A stretch of 64,000 bases of DNA from Lingula anatina (Eukaryota; Animalia; Brachiopoda), in assembly GCA_051362555.1 (NCBI GenBank), contig CM120649.1, positions 6,262,001 to 6,326,000 of the forward strand. Direction: 5' to 3'. This document shows, in pieces, positions 42,200 to 53,270 of this stretch; the first letter of the stretch is position 1; every line of letters begins with the position of its first letter. The notes below the pieces were generated by a model, which had not been told where the DNA came from, ran no database searches, and saw nothing but the letters and a program-made list of their open reading frames with translations. The translations under genes were made by a program, and so were the position numbers.

Positions 42200-42293
42200 T
42201 GCGTTTACCTGCCAGAGCCTGATTGTAATCGCTACGCGTCTGGCGTGGAGGGGCTGGAAAGAAAGATAATTACAGCGTCTTAACTAATTGAAG
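42200..42293 (+). other. Candidate 94-nt non-coding (5' UTR) exon
   Basis: Branch-like CTAAT at 42161-42165, acceptor cctttgctatcaatttcag ending 42199, consensus donor AAG|GTAAGT at 42294; no ATG inside. Confidence 0.35.
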
Positions 42294-44384
42294 GTAAGTT
42301 CACCACGGGTGACGGGGAGCTTAAGTGCAAAATTTCGTGTGCTTCACCATCTTTCCATTACGGATGACAACACTATCGCAGCTTTAGATGATTCAACGCC
42401 AAGTTTAATGTTAACGACTATTTTTATTTTTAATGCCGTCTTATGTCAGATAATCTAATATTACGCAACCACTTTTCTATAGCATGTCATGGTTCCATAG
42501 CTTTGTATTGTGCGTAAAATGCATGCAGTGAATTATTTATTTCATGATGCATTTTTAAAGCGTATCATAGCTGACCTTGAGAAGTAGAGATTAATGTCCA
42601 AAATATTATTCATGCTTTACGTAGAATTACCCACTCTTGTGTACATAAATCAGATACTTGCCGGTTTATCCGGTTATGCCGTTTAGTTTCATTTCACTTT
42701 TAAGGTTTTCTTTTTCTTCTGCACGTTTAGCTTATCCGCTACATTCTGACTATGCGAAATGGCTGTTTCCTAAACGTGTTCTTCTATGTAAAAAATTCAA
42801 TTAAACAGCGGCAATATTCTCTTAGATTTAAAACTAGTAATAAAGTCTGAAAATAAATGCTCGCAAACTTTGATATAATCTATAGCAAGTGAAAGAAAGT
42901 GTATAGATAATTAGCTACGGTGTTTTTGATAACTTTTTTTTAATTGCGTTGTCACTAAATTTGTAATAATACCGTTAAACCAGTTTGGGGACAGTAAGAC
43001 TCGGCATTTGTCAAAGATGTTTTTTTCAGCAGTAACAGCAGTAGAATTGCTGTATCCTAATAATGCCAGTCATTTGCTAACTCTTAAAGTACTCTTCAAA
43101 CGTACCGAGTGACCCCATCCTGTGGGCATCTGACGCTGTTAACATCAAGAGATGAAACTAAGCAGTAAAGGGGCCAACTGCGTCCATTTGCATCGAGCCG
43201 TATCTCCGAGCATGCGTGCTGGTGTGCACTTAATTGTCCATGTCATTTTAGTACAATTTTTGTCAGTTTCCTTTACATAACGCTCAATTAGTAGGGCTAA
43301 GATAAGACGGCTAAATTCACGGTTTACGTGTGGGAGGACATTATGAAGGCATGGCGCTTGTCACAGCTGGCGGACCCGAAGTAAAGACGAGAAAAAAAGA
43401 GCATCAGTACCATACAAAACGATCGTTAGGCACGCTTGCGATCATCAAACGATACGAATAACTCCGAATGTCTTCCAAACTTCGTGGGCTCATGTATCAT
43501 CGGTTATCTTAGTTTTTTGTCATAGCGCTCGGGTACGCCACTTAGTTTAGCCTTGATTGAATCTGCGTTATATTCAGTAATAATCCCAGGTCTCAACGGC
43601 AAGGCGGAATCAACTTTTGCTTAAGAATGAGTAAACCAACAAAAAAATAACATTTCTTGTAGTTTGAAGCAATGGAAGAGGAGAAATTGTCATAGTATAC
43701 TCAGAATAGAGGAGCGGTATTGAATAAATAATAATGTGTTACAACTTGCAAAATATTTGAGTCCACTTATGCTCGGCGGTGCTTGGTATTTTTTATTACT
43801 CTCTCCAAAAATCAAACTAAAGTTACTCAACAGATCAAAAATAGTTGATATGTCGTAGTACATGTATTTTGATAAATATATTTACTAGAATAATTTTTTT
43901 ATTGCGAGGTTTTAAAACTAACGCAGTCAAGCTTTGGGCTTTGATATTCCCCTTTTCTTTGATATGATAAACATATCCAGCGGTATAAAGAGTACACAAT
44001 GTCACCTTTTTGAGTTTTACCCGTTTCTTAATATTCTATATGTAGTATGTACACAATTCATACAACAATTCTGAAATTGTTTTGAAAAATGATTTTATTT
44101 GATTAATTTGATAGAAATTATGTAGTCGCCGTTTTCATACTTCTAACGTTAACGCAACAAATTTATTTGACTTATGAAACCTATAAAACGGAACATTTGG
44201 GTATTAGTTCTTGAAAAACTATTCTCTCGCTAACAAAGCGAAACCAGATACACTCCTGCGCACTTTTAGCCCCTCCCCCCCTCCCATACACACGATTGTT
44301 ATGCCTAATCATTACACATGGACGTACAAGTAAAGATTCACAAAAACACACGAACAAAGAGGCGCGAGAGCACGCGCACAGCGA

Positions 44385-44442
44385 CACGCGCGCGCGCACA
44401 CACACACACATACACAAAGACAGCGAGAGAGAGAGAGAGAGA
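44385..44442. repeat. Compound (CG)n(CA)n...(GA)n microsatellite
   Basis: cacgcgcgcgcgcacacacacacaca...gagagagagagagagaga. Confidence 0.9.
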
Positions 44443-47060
44443 AATACGTGCGCGCAAGCGTAAAAACACACTGACTCCATTTTAATGTTTGCACCTCGTT
44501 GGAATTGAAAAGGAAAATATTTGTGCTGTGAATCATCAACATGTCGGTTGCGTATAAAGGTGGCTTTGTGACGATGTGCTTTAAATACCAATACATTAAA
44601 CATTCAGTGCACAATTGCTCCTTGTGATATAATCCCTGCAGACTACTGTATAGTTATCAAATATATGACATGAAAATAAGATGATTTGACACAATTGATA
44701 TGTAGGATAAAATGTCAATAAATAAAATGGATTTAATAAAATTCAATTCTAAGGAGAGTTAGCCTAAATAAAACTGAGCCATAATTATTTGGAGTATATT
44801 TTTATAAAGTCAGTTTTTTTAATTAAGTAAAAATTAATCAGTCTTTTATAGAAGACATAATGTGTTCTCAGAAATCCCCCTTTTCTGGATTTATTTATTT
44901 AATTACTTCGACGTTTTTAAACATTCTAGTAAAAATTAGATTATTTTTTACTGAACAAAACAGCGCATTAAAATTACTAAATATTTGTACATAGCGATAT
45001 GATTTGTATTTATAAATATATGTTGGTACTTTTCCTTATCTATTTGTCTATTTATTTATTCATTTACCAATTTATTTTTTTTTATTTATTTGATATTATT
45101 TTGTTGCTTATCGTCATTCATTCAATCACTGTTTGATTTCGATATCCATGTATTTTTTATTAAATGTAATTGATTCTTTGGCCTAGTAAATTTCTCTCGT
45201 TCTAAATTAAGGCCGTTTTCTAGCTATTTCCTACCTGCAAAAGATGGTATTCACAAATTTGAAAATTAAAATATTTTGACACAGAAGACTGAGAAACCTG
45301 ACAACAGAAGTGACTTAATTGATGTCAGGACGTTTTGAAGAATTAAGTTCCAAACCAATTTATGATACCTTTTTCTTTATACTTTATGATGATTGTGACA
45401 CCTACTTTCTTACTCATACTGTAAAAGGCGGCATTTGCACTGATTTTGACTTGAAATACGAATGCGCGTTAAAAATAATCCGATGCAGCTTTGTTTTAAA
45501 ACTAACACCATTAGAGATTTACTATTCCATTAATTTTTCTTGTGATGGAGTGGCATCGCGATTCCAATTTTTTATTTATATATATCCGGTTACTTTTAAT
45601 TTAATTAGATAATTTAAATTACGTAATTACCAATGCTTACGGAAATGGAGAAAAATATGTTAATGTTTTTCCAAGTAACATTACTGCGTAAGTTAAGATT
45701 TTGTCGCATCAAAAAAAATGTTTCTACAATATTTTTATCACCCAAAATATGTCCATTGATTGCCTTCAGACTTGCTCTTTCTAAACAATAAAATTTCATT
45801 CAAATGCAATAATATCTGTTATCCATATCATTTCAATATTTTAGCCATTTCTGATGAAAAGATGAGAGCAACAGAGACAAATCTCTTTTAAATCTGAAAA
45901 GACAATTCAAAAGAGGAGACCTAGTAATTAATTACATAATAAGGTCACAAAGTACGAAGGTGAGGACCCTATGCCTTTGTTGTTATGGTGCCTCCATCGC
46001 GTGAAGTCTCCCCATTACTTATTCTGACAAAAACAATATAAAAAGATATAAACTTCAGTGACAAGGAAAACATCGAGATGGTGTTGTCTTCAACAATATT
46101 AAGGACTTTTTAAAGGATGTCTTTTACAATAGAATTTTTTTATCCTAACGCAGCGTTATTTACTTGGGGTCGTTTTTCTTTCTTTTTCTCTTTTTTATTT
46201 TTGCTAATATAAAATAGTATTTTATATTTTTGGAAAGTAATTAAAACTCATGACAACATAACTTGTTATTTTACTTTCATGTATTTTCAAAAAAAAAAGT
46301 CACACGATTCCACAATGATTTTCTTATCAATGTCATTGATATCACTAATGATAAATGAATTAAATACAGGATTTTTTCATAACGTTTAAATAGTTCCTTA
46401 TAATGAATATTATTCAACAACGACCCTTAACTGAATGGTTATATTTCAAATCGTTGGCAACACACATCGTGAGAAAATCAACGACTTTAAGACACTTAAT
46501 TATGTCTTCACAAGTTGAGATGTAATTTCCTCTATGCATAATTCTCTTCTAATGACTACCTGTTGTAGTGACCAAGGGGGCGGGGGCATTCGGTGCACGA
46601 AGCGGCCTTGTGGTGTGACATATCCTCATAAATTATAGCATAAAACTTGATAAGCTTTGATGGCCCTTGCTCTTTTAGTTCAAGCCCCCCTTCAGGCAGA
46701 CAAGGTTTAAGGTTCGTTTAAGGGGTTACGGGGTTGCTCCGGTACGTGTGTCGCAAGAGCAGGCATGTTTTTGTCCCTCTCTTTTTTGGTAAAATTGGAA
46801 GATTTTCAACCCGCGATCCTTTTTAATAATATCTTATGTAATGGATACCCGGGTATATATCTATGTTTCATATCAAACGTGTTTTTTTTTCTAACATTTC
46901 TATCATCTTCGGAGCGTCTTTTGTACTTTTCCTTTACTGCCATTGGGCTGATGATGGGTTGCACGCAATACTATATAGAGGTCGGGTTGGTTGTATCGGC
47001 GTGCACGCAACTACAGGGCTTGCACTGATTGAATTCGGTGTAAAATGACTAGGTTCATTC

Positions 47061-47187
47061 AGTTCGTTTATATTTTGCAGAGACGACACACACACACGGT
47101 CACCAGAGAAGAGGGGCGACGGACTAAGGCCCCAAGAGGAAGAAGGCGGAGGGAAGCCACGAATTGCAGGGCGGAGCGGACACAGCG
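47061..47187 (+). other. 3' splice acceptor (AG ending 47080) and 5' UTR part of the coding exon
   Basis: ttcgtttatattttgcag|AGACG; abrupt switch from T-rich to purine/GC-rich sequence; no ATG between 47081 and 47187. Confidence 0.7.
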
Positions 47188-48933
47188 ATGTTTCAGCCAC
47201 CCCCTCACTTGTGCACAAACGGCTCCGTCCCCCCACCGCTGCCGCCTAGGATGATTCTCACCGGTGGCTTCAACCACGGCGACCCTTACCGCCAGCCGTA
47301 CGTCTGGGGGGCTGCACCCCCTTCTCGCCCTCCTTGGCTTCACTTCGAGGACGCTCCACACGGGGGAGACCTCCGCTTCAATTCGCCCACATTCCGATGC
47401 GATCGTCTCAAAACGTTCATGGTGGATAAAAAACTGTTTCAGTGTCCGCATTGTAAGTATGTCACGGACCGAAAAAACAACTTGAAACGACACGTAGCGA
47501 CTATGCACGATATCTGCACAAAACTTCTAGAATGCTGTGACCAAATTTTCCCAAATAAGGCGTCTTTGAGGGATCACGTTGTTAGGTGTCACAGAGACGG
47601 CTACGAGTGTCGCCTGTGCGGACGCAACTTTTGTCGCAAGGCGCTCCTGAAGAGACACATCACTGTGCACAGCGGGAAAAAAGACTTCGTTTGTTCGTTC
47701 TGCGGGTACGCAACTAGCCACCGCAGCAACTTAGAGAGACATAAAAAACGCCACACCCAGGCGAACCAAGGGGGCGGAGGTGAGGATGCGGAATCGAAAC
47801 ACTCCGACAACATTGATATTCTGAACGATGACTCAATGGATGAGGACGACGATATCAGAGAGGAGATAAGGAGCGCGGGCCCCATGCACAGGACGACCCT
47901 AAAACCGACGGGGAGAGAGGCAGCGTCGCTCTTTCGGCCCTTTGAGACAAATGACAACGAGCAAAGGGAAAACAGGGACTACGACACCGACTCCAATCCC
48001 TCCTCTCCAGAGATTTGTGAAACGCGGGCTGGCCCCAACTCACTTCTTTATAGGCACAAAAAGTATCGCTACATGGCCGTGCTTAAAGATAAAGTCTCCG
48101 ACACGGAGTGTGACATTATGCCGTCAACGATTCAACATGCCGATGGCGCAAGGGAGGAGGAGGAAGAGAAAAACAGTGAGCCCTCCCCTGCTTTACTGCA
48201 AGCAGAAAGGGCTGGAGCGCATGAGAAAGCCCCCGTTGTTTTCAAAGAAAAAGAACAATTAGGACCTATCCCAAGCAGTGTAGCTCCTCAGAGAAATGAT
48301 GACATAATTACAGTTTCGAAAAATACGGAAAACAAGACGGTTGATATTGAAAAACCGTCATCTCCTGACCGACGGAAAGTTAAGTCGAGCCCTGTGAAGG
48401 AGAAGGAATCTGGATTTCAGATAAACAATTTACTGAAGGACGATAAAAGTTTTACAACAACGTTTCATCATTACATCGATCAGCATTTCAACCATAAAGA
48501 CCATACAACGAGGAAAACGATGGAACCATCGTTCTCGCTCCTAGATAACGATTTAAATAGCGAACAGCGTTTACACATGGCTCGGGAGAGAAACCTATAC
48601 GGGGGCTTAACTATGGATTACCAAAACCGCCATTTTGGCGACCTAATTGGAAGAACTAGTGCGCATTTACATAAGTTTCGATACAATGACACTGCTAACC
48701 CGAGTCTTTTTCATGCTTCTCGGGACGGCTACCCTAGCTCGCTCTACGATGCAGGTAGCTATGGTCACCATTCACAGGGATTGGTAATAACGGCTTTTAG
48801 GTGCGACCTGTGTTCCAAAATTTTCAGAGATCAGCTAGAATTACGTGAACATTACGAGCAGCATCATTTAGTGGGGCGAGGCCCTTTTCAAAAACCTGTT
48901 CGACTTTTAGCGACGGTTCAGATTTGCGACTAA
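47188..48933 (+). CDS. C2H2 zinc-finger transcription factor (4+1 fingers), 581 aa, single coding exon
   Basis: Only long ORF in the window. Fingers: CPHC-x12-H-x4-H, ECC...H-x4-H, CRLC...H-x3-H, linker HSGKKDF, CSFC...H-x3-H, and C-terminal CDLC...H-x3-H. An in-frame TAA at 47125-47127 lies downstream of the splice acceptor, so the start is the first ATG at 47188 (cacagcgATG, purine at -3), not the TTG at 47164. Pro-rich N-terminus, acidic middle region. Confidence 0.93.
   Translation: MFQPPPHLCTNGSVPPPLPPRMILTGGFNHGDPYRQPYVWGAAPPSRPPWLHFEDAPHGGDLRFNSPTFRCDRLKTFMVDKKLFQCPHCKYVTDRKNNLKRHVATMHDICTKLLECCDQIFPNKASLRDHVVRCHRDGYECRLCGRNFCRKALLKRHITVHSGKKDFVCSFCGYATSHRSNLERHKKRHTQANQGGGGEDAESKHSDNIDILNDDSMDEDDDIREEIRSAGPMHRTTLKPTGREAASLFRPFETNDNEQRENRDYDTDSNPSSPEICETRAGPNSLLYRHKKYRYMAVLKDKVSDTECDIMPSTIQHADGAREEEEEKNSEPSPALLQAERAGAHEKAPVVFKEKEQLGPIPSSVAPQRNDDIITVSKNTENKTVDIEKPSSPDRRKVKSSPVKEKESGFQINNLLKDDKSFTTTFHHYIDQHFNHKDHTTRKTMEPSFSLLDNDLNSEQRLHMARERNLYGGLTMDYQNRHFGDLIGRTSAHLHKFRYNDTANPSLFHASRDGYPSSLYDAGSYGHHSQGLVITAFRCDLCSKIFRDQLELREHYEQHHLVGRGPFQKPVRLLATVQICD
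47437..47754 (+). other. N-terminal array of four C2H2-type zinc fingers (DNA-binding domain)
   Basis: FQCPHCKYVTDRKNNLKRHVATMH / ECCDQIFPNKASLRDHVVRCH / YECRLCGRNFCRKALLKRHITVH / FVCSFCGYATSHRSNLERHKKRH read from the translation. Confidence 0.9.
48796..48867 (+). other. Isolated C-terminal C2H2 zinc finger
   Basis: FRCDLCSKIFRDQLELREHYEQHH matches C-x2-C-x3-F-x5-L-x2-H-x3-H. Confidence 0.85.
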
Positions 48934-49171
48934 CATTACAGTCAGCTGATTCATTGTTCGGTGTCGGTTAGGACGTGCACAGATACACGTAGCTTTTATG
49001 TCGGGTATAATTTGGTTGGTTTCATTACCTATATGCTTAACACTAAGTTCCTTTCACGCCTCGGTTTATCTTTGAACAATTTACCTGAGATCTCATAGTT
49101 TGGAAACAATGACAAAATATCAATGAACGCACATGACTTGGTTATTTCAGATGTTTGGGATCTTCCAAAGG

Positions 49172-49543
49172 CCAGAGTCTAGTTTCACAAGCATTATAAA
49201 ATCAAATACTGGCCTTTATCTAAAAGTTATAGTTAAGTTTAATTCTGGAGTCCAGTGAACACATATGTCTAACGTTTAGAACACTTCTAAATTTTTGTTA
49301 AACAGGTCATTTTAGTGGATTACCATACAAGTCGGTGCCACAAAATAACTTTAGCCCAAAATTAATCTCTAATTTAGACGACAAATTTGGTCTTTAGTTC
49401 AAAACCTGCTTAAATAACATATTGGCTTAAACATTAGTCGTTACACAGTAACTTGGTATATTTGGGGTCAAGAAAAACTGTGATTTTCGGTTTAAGAATT
49501 AATATCAATTTTTGAATCAAATTCTACCGTGAATCGGTCCCAG
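49172..49543. mobile_element. Possible decayed MITE within the 3' UTR
   Basis: Weak terminal similarity: ccagagtctagtttcacaag versus the reverse complement of ccgtgaatcggtcccagg; internal AT-rich quasi-palindromes. Confidence 0.25.
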
Positions 49544-51018
49544 GTTTTATTCTTTATTCGTTCGAATTTAGTCACTGGCGATGATCTTCTCTTCTGTTTT
49601 AAAAATTATATATCAACAGTTTTTGCTCAGAGGAACGGTTTCCTTGGCCATTTGTACTGTTAAATGCGTATTTTGATCCTAGCGAGTGCGAAGAAACATT
49701 CGAAGAATGCCAGTATGGTATGCGCAACGTACCTTTCCTGTTACCTCAACATAAGTATTTTTCCGTAAGAAATAATCAAAATCTAGTGGTGCTACACCTA
49801 TTTATTGTAACTGCTGTTAGTGTACTGTAACTTTTTAAAATAGCAAATCATTACGATTGAGAGGAATCAAAATGTTATGAAATGGCTATCAAGTGAATTT
49901 GTCAAAGTGTTAATTTTTTATGCAATGATGTATTCGTTTAAAATACTTTTAGATGGATGTTTATTTGCACAGTAAGTTTTTTAAGCATGCCACATCATTG
50001 CTTCCAAAGGGGTGTCCTTCTAGTGGTAAAATATAAAATGTAATATAAGATATATACTTGAACTTTTGTTATGTGTCACGAGTTCATGCACAGAAGGGTA
50101 CTTTAGATCAAATGAAAATTCCTATTGGCTCAAAATAATTGTTACCGGTACCATTCACTTTATATAATTTCAACTGAACATGTATAGCAATAAGTGCCAA
50201 TGTTTATCGCTATATGTTGTAATTTGTGTGACCGTGTACCTAACTTACGCCCGTTAAAATGTAAGTATTGTGTCTATCATTGTCGCAAACATCAAAGCAG
50301 AAATACCGACATTGTACTTTATTGGAATCTAAAGGACTTTTGTTAGTGCAATAAAACCTTCAGGCAGGATATTTCCCTGTGTGTTGCGACTATACCATCA
50401 ATTGTTAAATAGAATCAAAGGCAAATGCACAATCATTAGCATTCGATGCTAAAATGCACAGATACGTTTTCAGTGCTCTACAGAAGTATTATTGTATGCA
50501 CATGGATAATAATGAATTTCATAAAAATATTTTGAATGTTATTGTTTCAATGTTAGAATATTTGTTGGGTATGTTTTACACTACTGATGACACGGTCTGA
50601 AACCATCTTTGTTGTTACTTCAGAAGTGAAGATAAGTCTTGCTGACACAGGGTGTTTATATGCATTTTTTCTCTACTTCAGATACTCTCTATTCGAATGT
50701 TGCTAAGTCTTAATTTTTTTTAATAATTCCCCAAAGAACACATGAGTTCGAAACTGATATTTTGTTTTAATTTCATAATCTTGGAGATTAATCGTTACGT
50801 ATTTATCTGAAGTACATTGACTTCTTATACCAGACCTGAAAAATTGCAAGCCTGTTGCAATAAGTGGACTTTATATTCTTGGAACATTTTAACTTTTTAA
50901 CTGTTATGGGTATTTGTTTGAGCATATCCTGAGGAAAGGCTTGTGTTGAAAACATTTACCTCGATACTGTAACTGGCTCATTTTCAAATATTATCCCTGT
51001 TGGTTTCCTTTCGTTGTC

Positions 51019-51024
51019 AATAAA
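51019..51024 (+). terminator. Candidate polyadenylation signal
   Basis: AATAAA followed by a T/GT-rich downstream tract (gatgtctcttctt...ttttttgtttattc). Confidence 0.45.
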
Positions 51025-53264
51025 ATTTATGTGGAAATACTTGATGTCTCTTCTTAGATTATAATTAATTTTTTGTTTATTCTTCGCCACTTCAACTGTT
51101 ATACCGACGGAAATGATTTTCATCTACATTTCAAATAGCTTGACAATAACAATCATTTATAAATATATATTTTTATTTAAATGTATGAGATATGTATAAA
51201 ACGGATCCATTATCTAATATGTCACAGTTTCTATCAAATACGTTGAAAATTCATAAAAAGATATTATATATCTGGAAAGTGTATACAGAAAGATGTGTAA
51301 TAAACCCGTGTGTTATCAAACAGTACATTCCAGAAACCTTGAAGAATAAAAAAACCTTTCAGATATATTATATGAGTTTGAAAATGTCCCAAAGTCATAA
51401 GTTCCACGTAGATATCCTGCAAAAGTAATTATTTTACCAATTCATACCTTAAACAATAAAACAACTCAAATAGAAGTATCTTATGTCTAAATTTTCTTTT
51501 GAAATGTACTGAAAGCACGGTCTCATTAAAAATGAAATTTGAAATTTAAAATGGTATAAAACATCGAATCCAATCGCGGGGAATTCGAGCTATGACTCGT
51601 TAGTTGAATTTTTTCTGAGGAAAATTACATTTTGCCCCAAATTACCTTACCTTAAATAAAATATATAATAAAATATGTATACGATAAAAAGTTTTCAATG
51701 CACAACTGAATTTGAATTCTAGGTATATAAAGAAAAAATCTCTTTTACTCTAATGCAGTGCTGCTTAGGGCCTATATCTTTTTTATTGTCGTTTTATGAA
51801 ACTATAGGACTTACTGGGTGATCTGTGTAAATTTTAAATTATTTAAAACTATTTAAATTATTTTTCTCATCATTGAAATGTAACCTATGAAAAGAGCAAT
51901 AAACAAATTCCATCAAGTTTTCTTCATATAATGATTACATAGATGTATGTTCTGCAAACACTCGCATTTATAAAATATTCTGGCTAAAATTTGTGAAATC
52001 TTCATGGACTGAACCGCGTCCTTTTTGCAGGAAATGCGTCTATTATTTCACTAATATAGCAAAGTGTGTCGCCCTGGTCTCAAAAATTAATGCGACGAGT
52101 AGTTTAGTTAAAGAAATTTTTTCGTTTTATTATCTTTAATCCTCTGATTTAACACAAACAATTTGCCTGGTCGTCCCTTTTATATGTTTTTAAGATATGA
52201 GTTGTGCTAAAATGGTATTCCGGCGTAAATTTCAATAATAACAACGCACAGACCTGATTATCAGACTGCTGGATATGTACTATATTCGATCTATATGTTT
52301 TTCTAAAGTATTCTACATTGAAAAATTAAATATACGGAACGCTTAGGGTCTGTAATATTGAATTATTTGAAACAATTCATTGCAGATTATTAACGTCACT
52401 GACACTGTGAAATGAACTAACAAAAAGAGAAATAAAAAAGTATTTCATGAACTCCATTAACAATTGATAGAAATATATGTAGTTAAGTTATTCTTTTTTA
52501 CCCCCTCCCCCCAAAGAACTTGCAAATACCATTCACACTATTAAATTTTAATGTATCACGTTTTGATTTGTTTAAGATGCATATGTAAAACGGTACCTAT
52601 ATAAAAAACTGCATACACGGTTATTGTTGAGCATTTTCACTAGCTATGTATTTTACTTGTTAACAGTTATAACAAAAATTAACTTGTATTTACAAGCCAG
52701 TCAGCCGACGAAATATTGGCTGGGAAATATACATACGCTATTCATCTATCATTTGTAACTTTATTCATTTAATATTGCAAGTATGGGTAGCAAAGAATGA
52801 CATTTTGTAAACCTTTAAAAGTTTGTGTTACCTAAAATTCTCTTTATTCAATATTACTTTTAAAAATTTGTACTGAGCAGTTTCAGTATTTTGTACGTTT
52901 GCATGTTTGTTTGTATGAATAGGATGTGAACAAGCTTGTACGTGTCTGTATATTTTAATGTATAATGTATATATGCATGAATGTATGTATGTAGTTTTGA
53001 TGTAACTTATCTAATAGTTATTTACATATCTCATTGTTTTTGTACGAAAAATGTAAAATTTCGACCATTTGTTTGTAGTTTACATAGAAGTCACTATAGT
53101 TATTAATAATGTCCACTGCTGGACCCCACTCCCCTATAATATGATACATTGTTGTGAGTTGTTAATGTGCTTCGGTTCAATATTCTAAACTTGTTATCTT
53201 AATGATATGATTGACATGTTTTCACTTTTTAATGAGTGCAATGTGTATCTGAACAACACCGACA

Positions 53265-53270
53265 AATAAA
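53265..53270 (+). terminator. Candidate distal polyadenylation signal
   Basis: AATAAA after a TGTA-rich UTR-like stretch (about 52850-53260), with GT-rich sequence downstream. Confidence 0.35.

Larger units (their letters stand above)
48934..51045 (+). other. 3' UTR of the zinc-finger gene (possibly extending to about 53290)
   Basis: AT/TG-rich sequence after the stop codon; AATAAA at 50350, 51019 and 53265 among others. Confidence 0.55.

Noticed and set aside
47164-47187. TTG start used by the ORF track (589 aa)
   Set aside because: Eukaryotic gene; a suitable ATG lies 8 codons downstream.
46934-48262. Overlapping and antisense ORFs over the zinc-finger exon
   Set aside because: Shadow ORFs of a GC-rich CDS with no recognisable motifs.
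51505-52025. Possible decayed DNA-transposon remnant (similar texture at about 960-1890, 3990-4260 and 38330-38560)
   Set aside because: Could not pair convincing termini or TSDs by eye; needs a repeat library.
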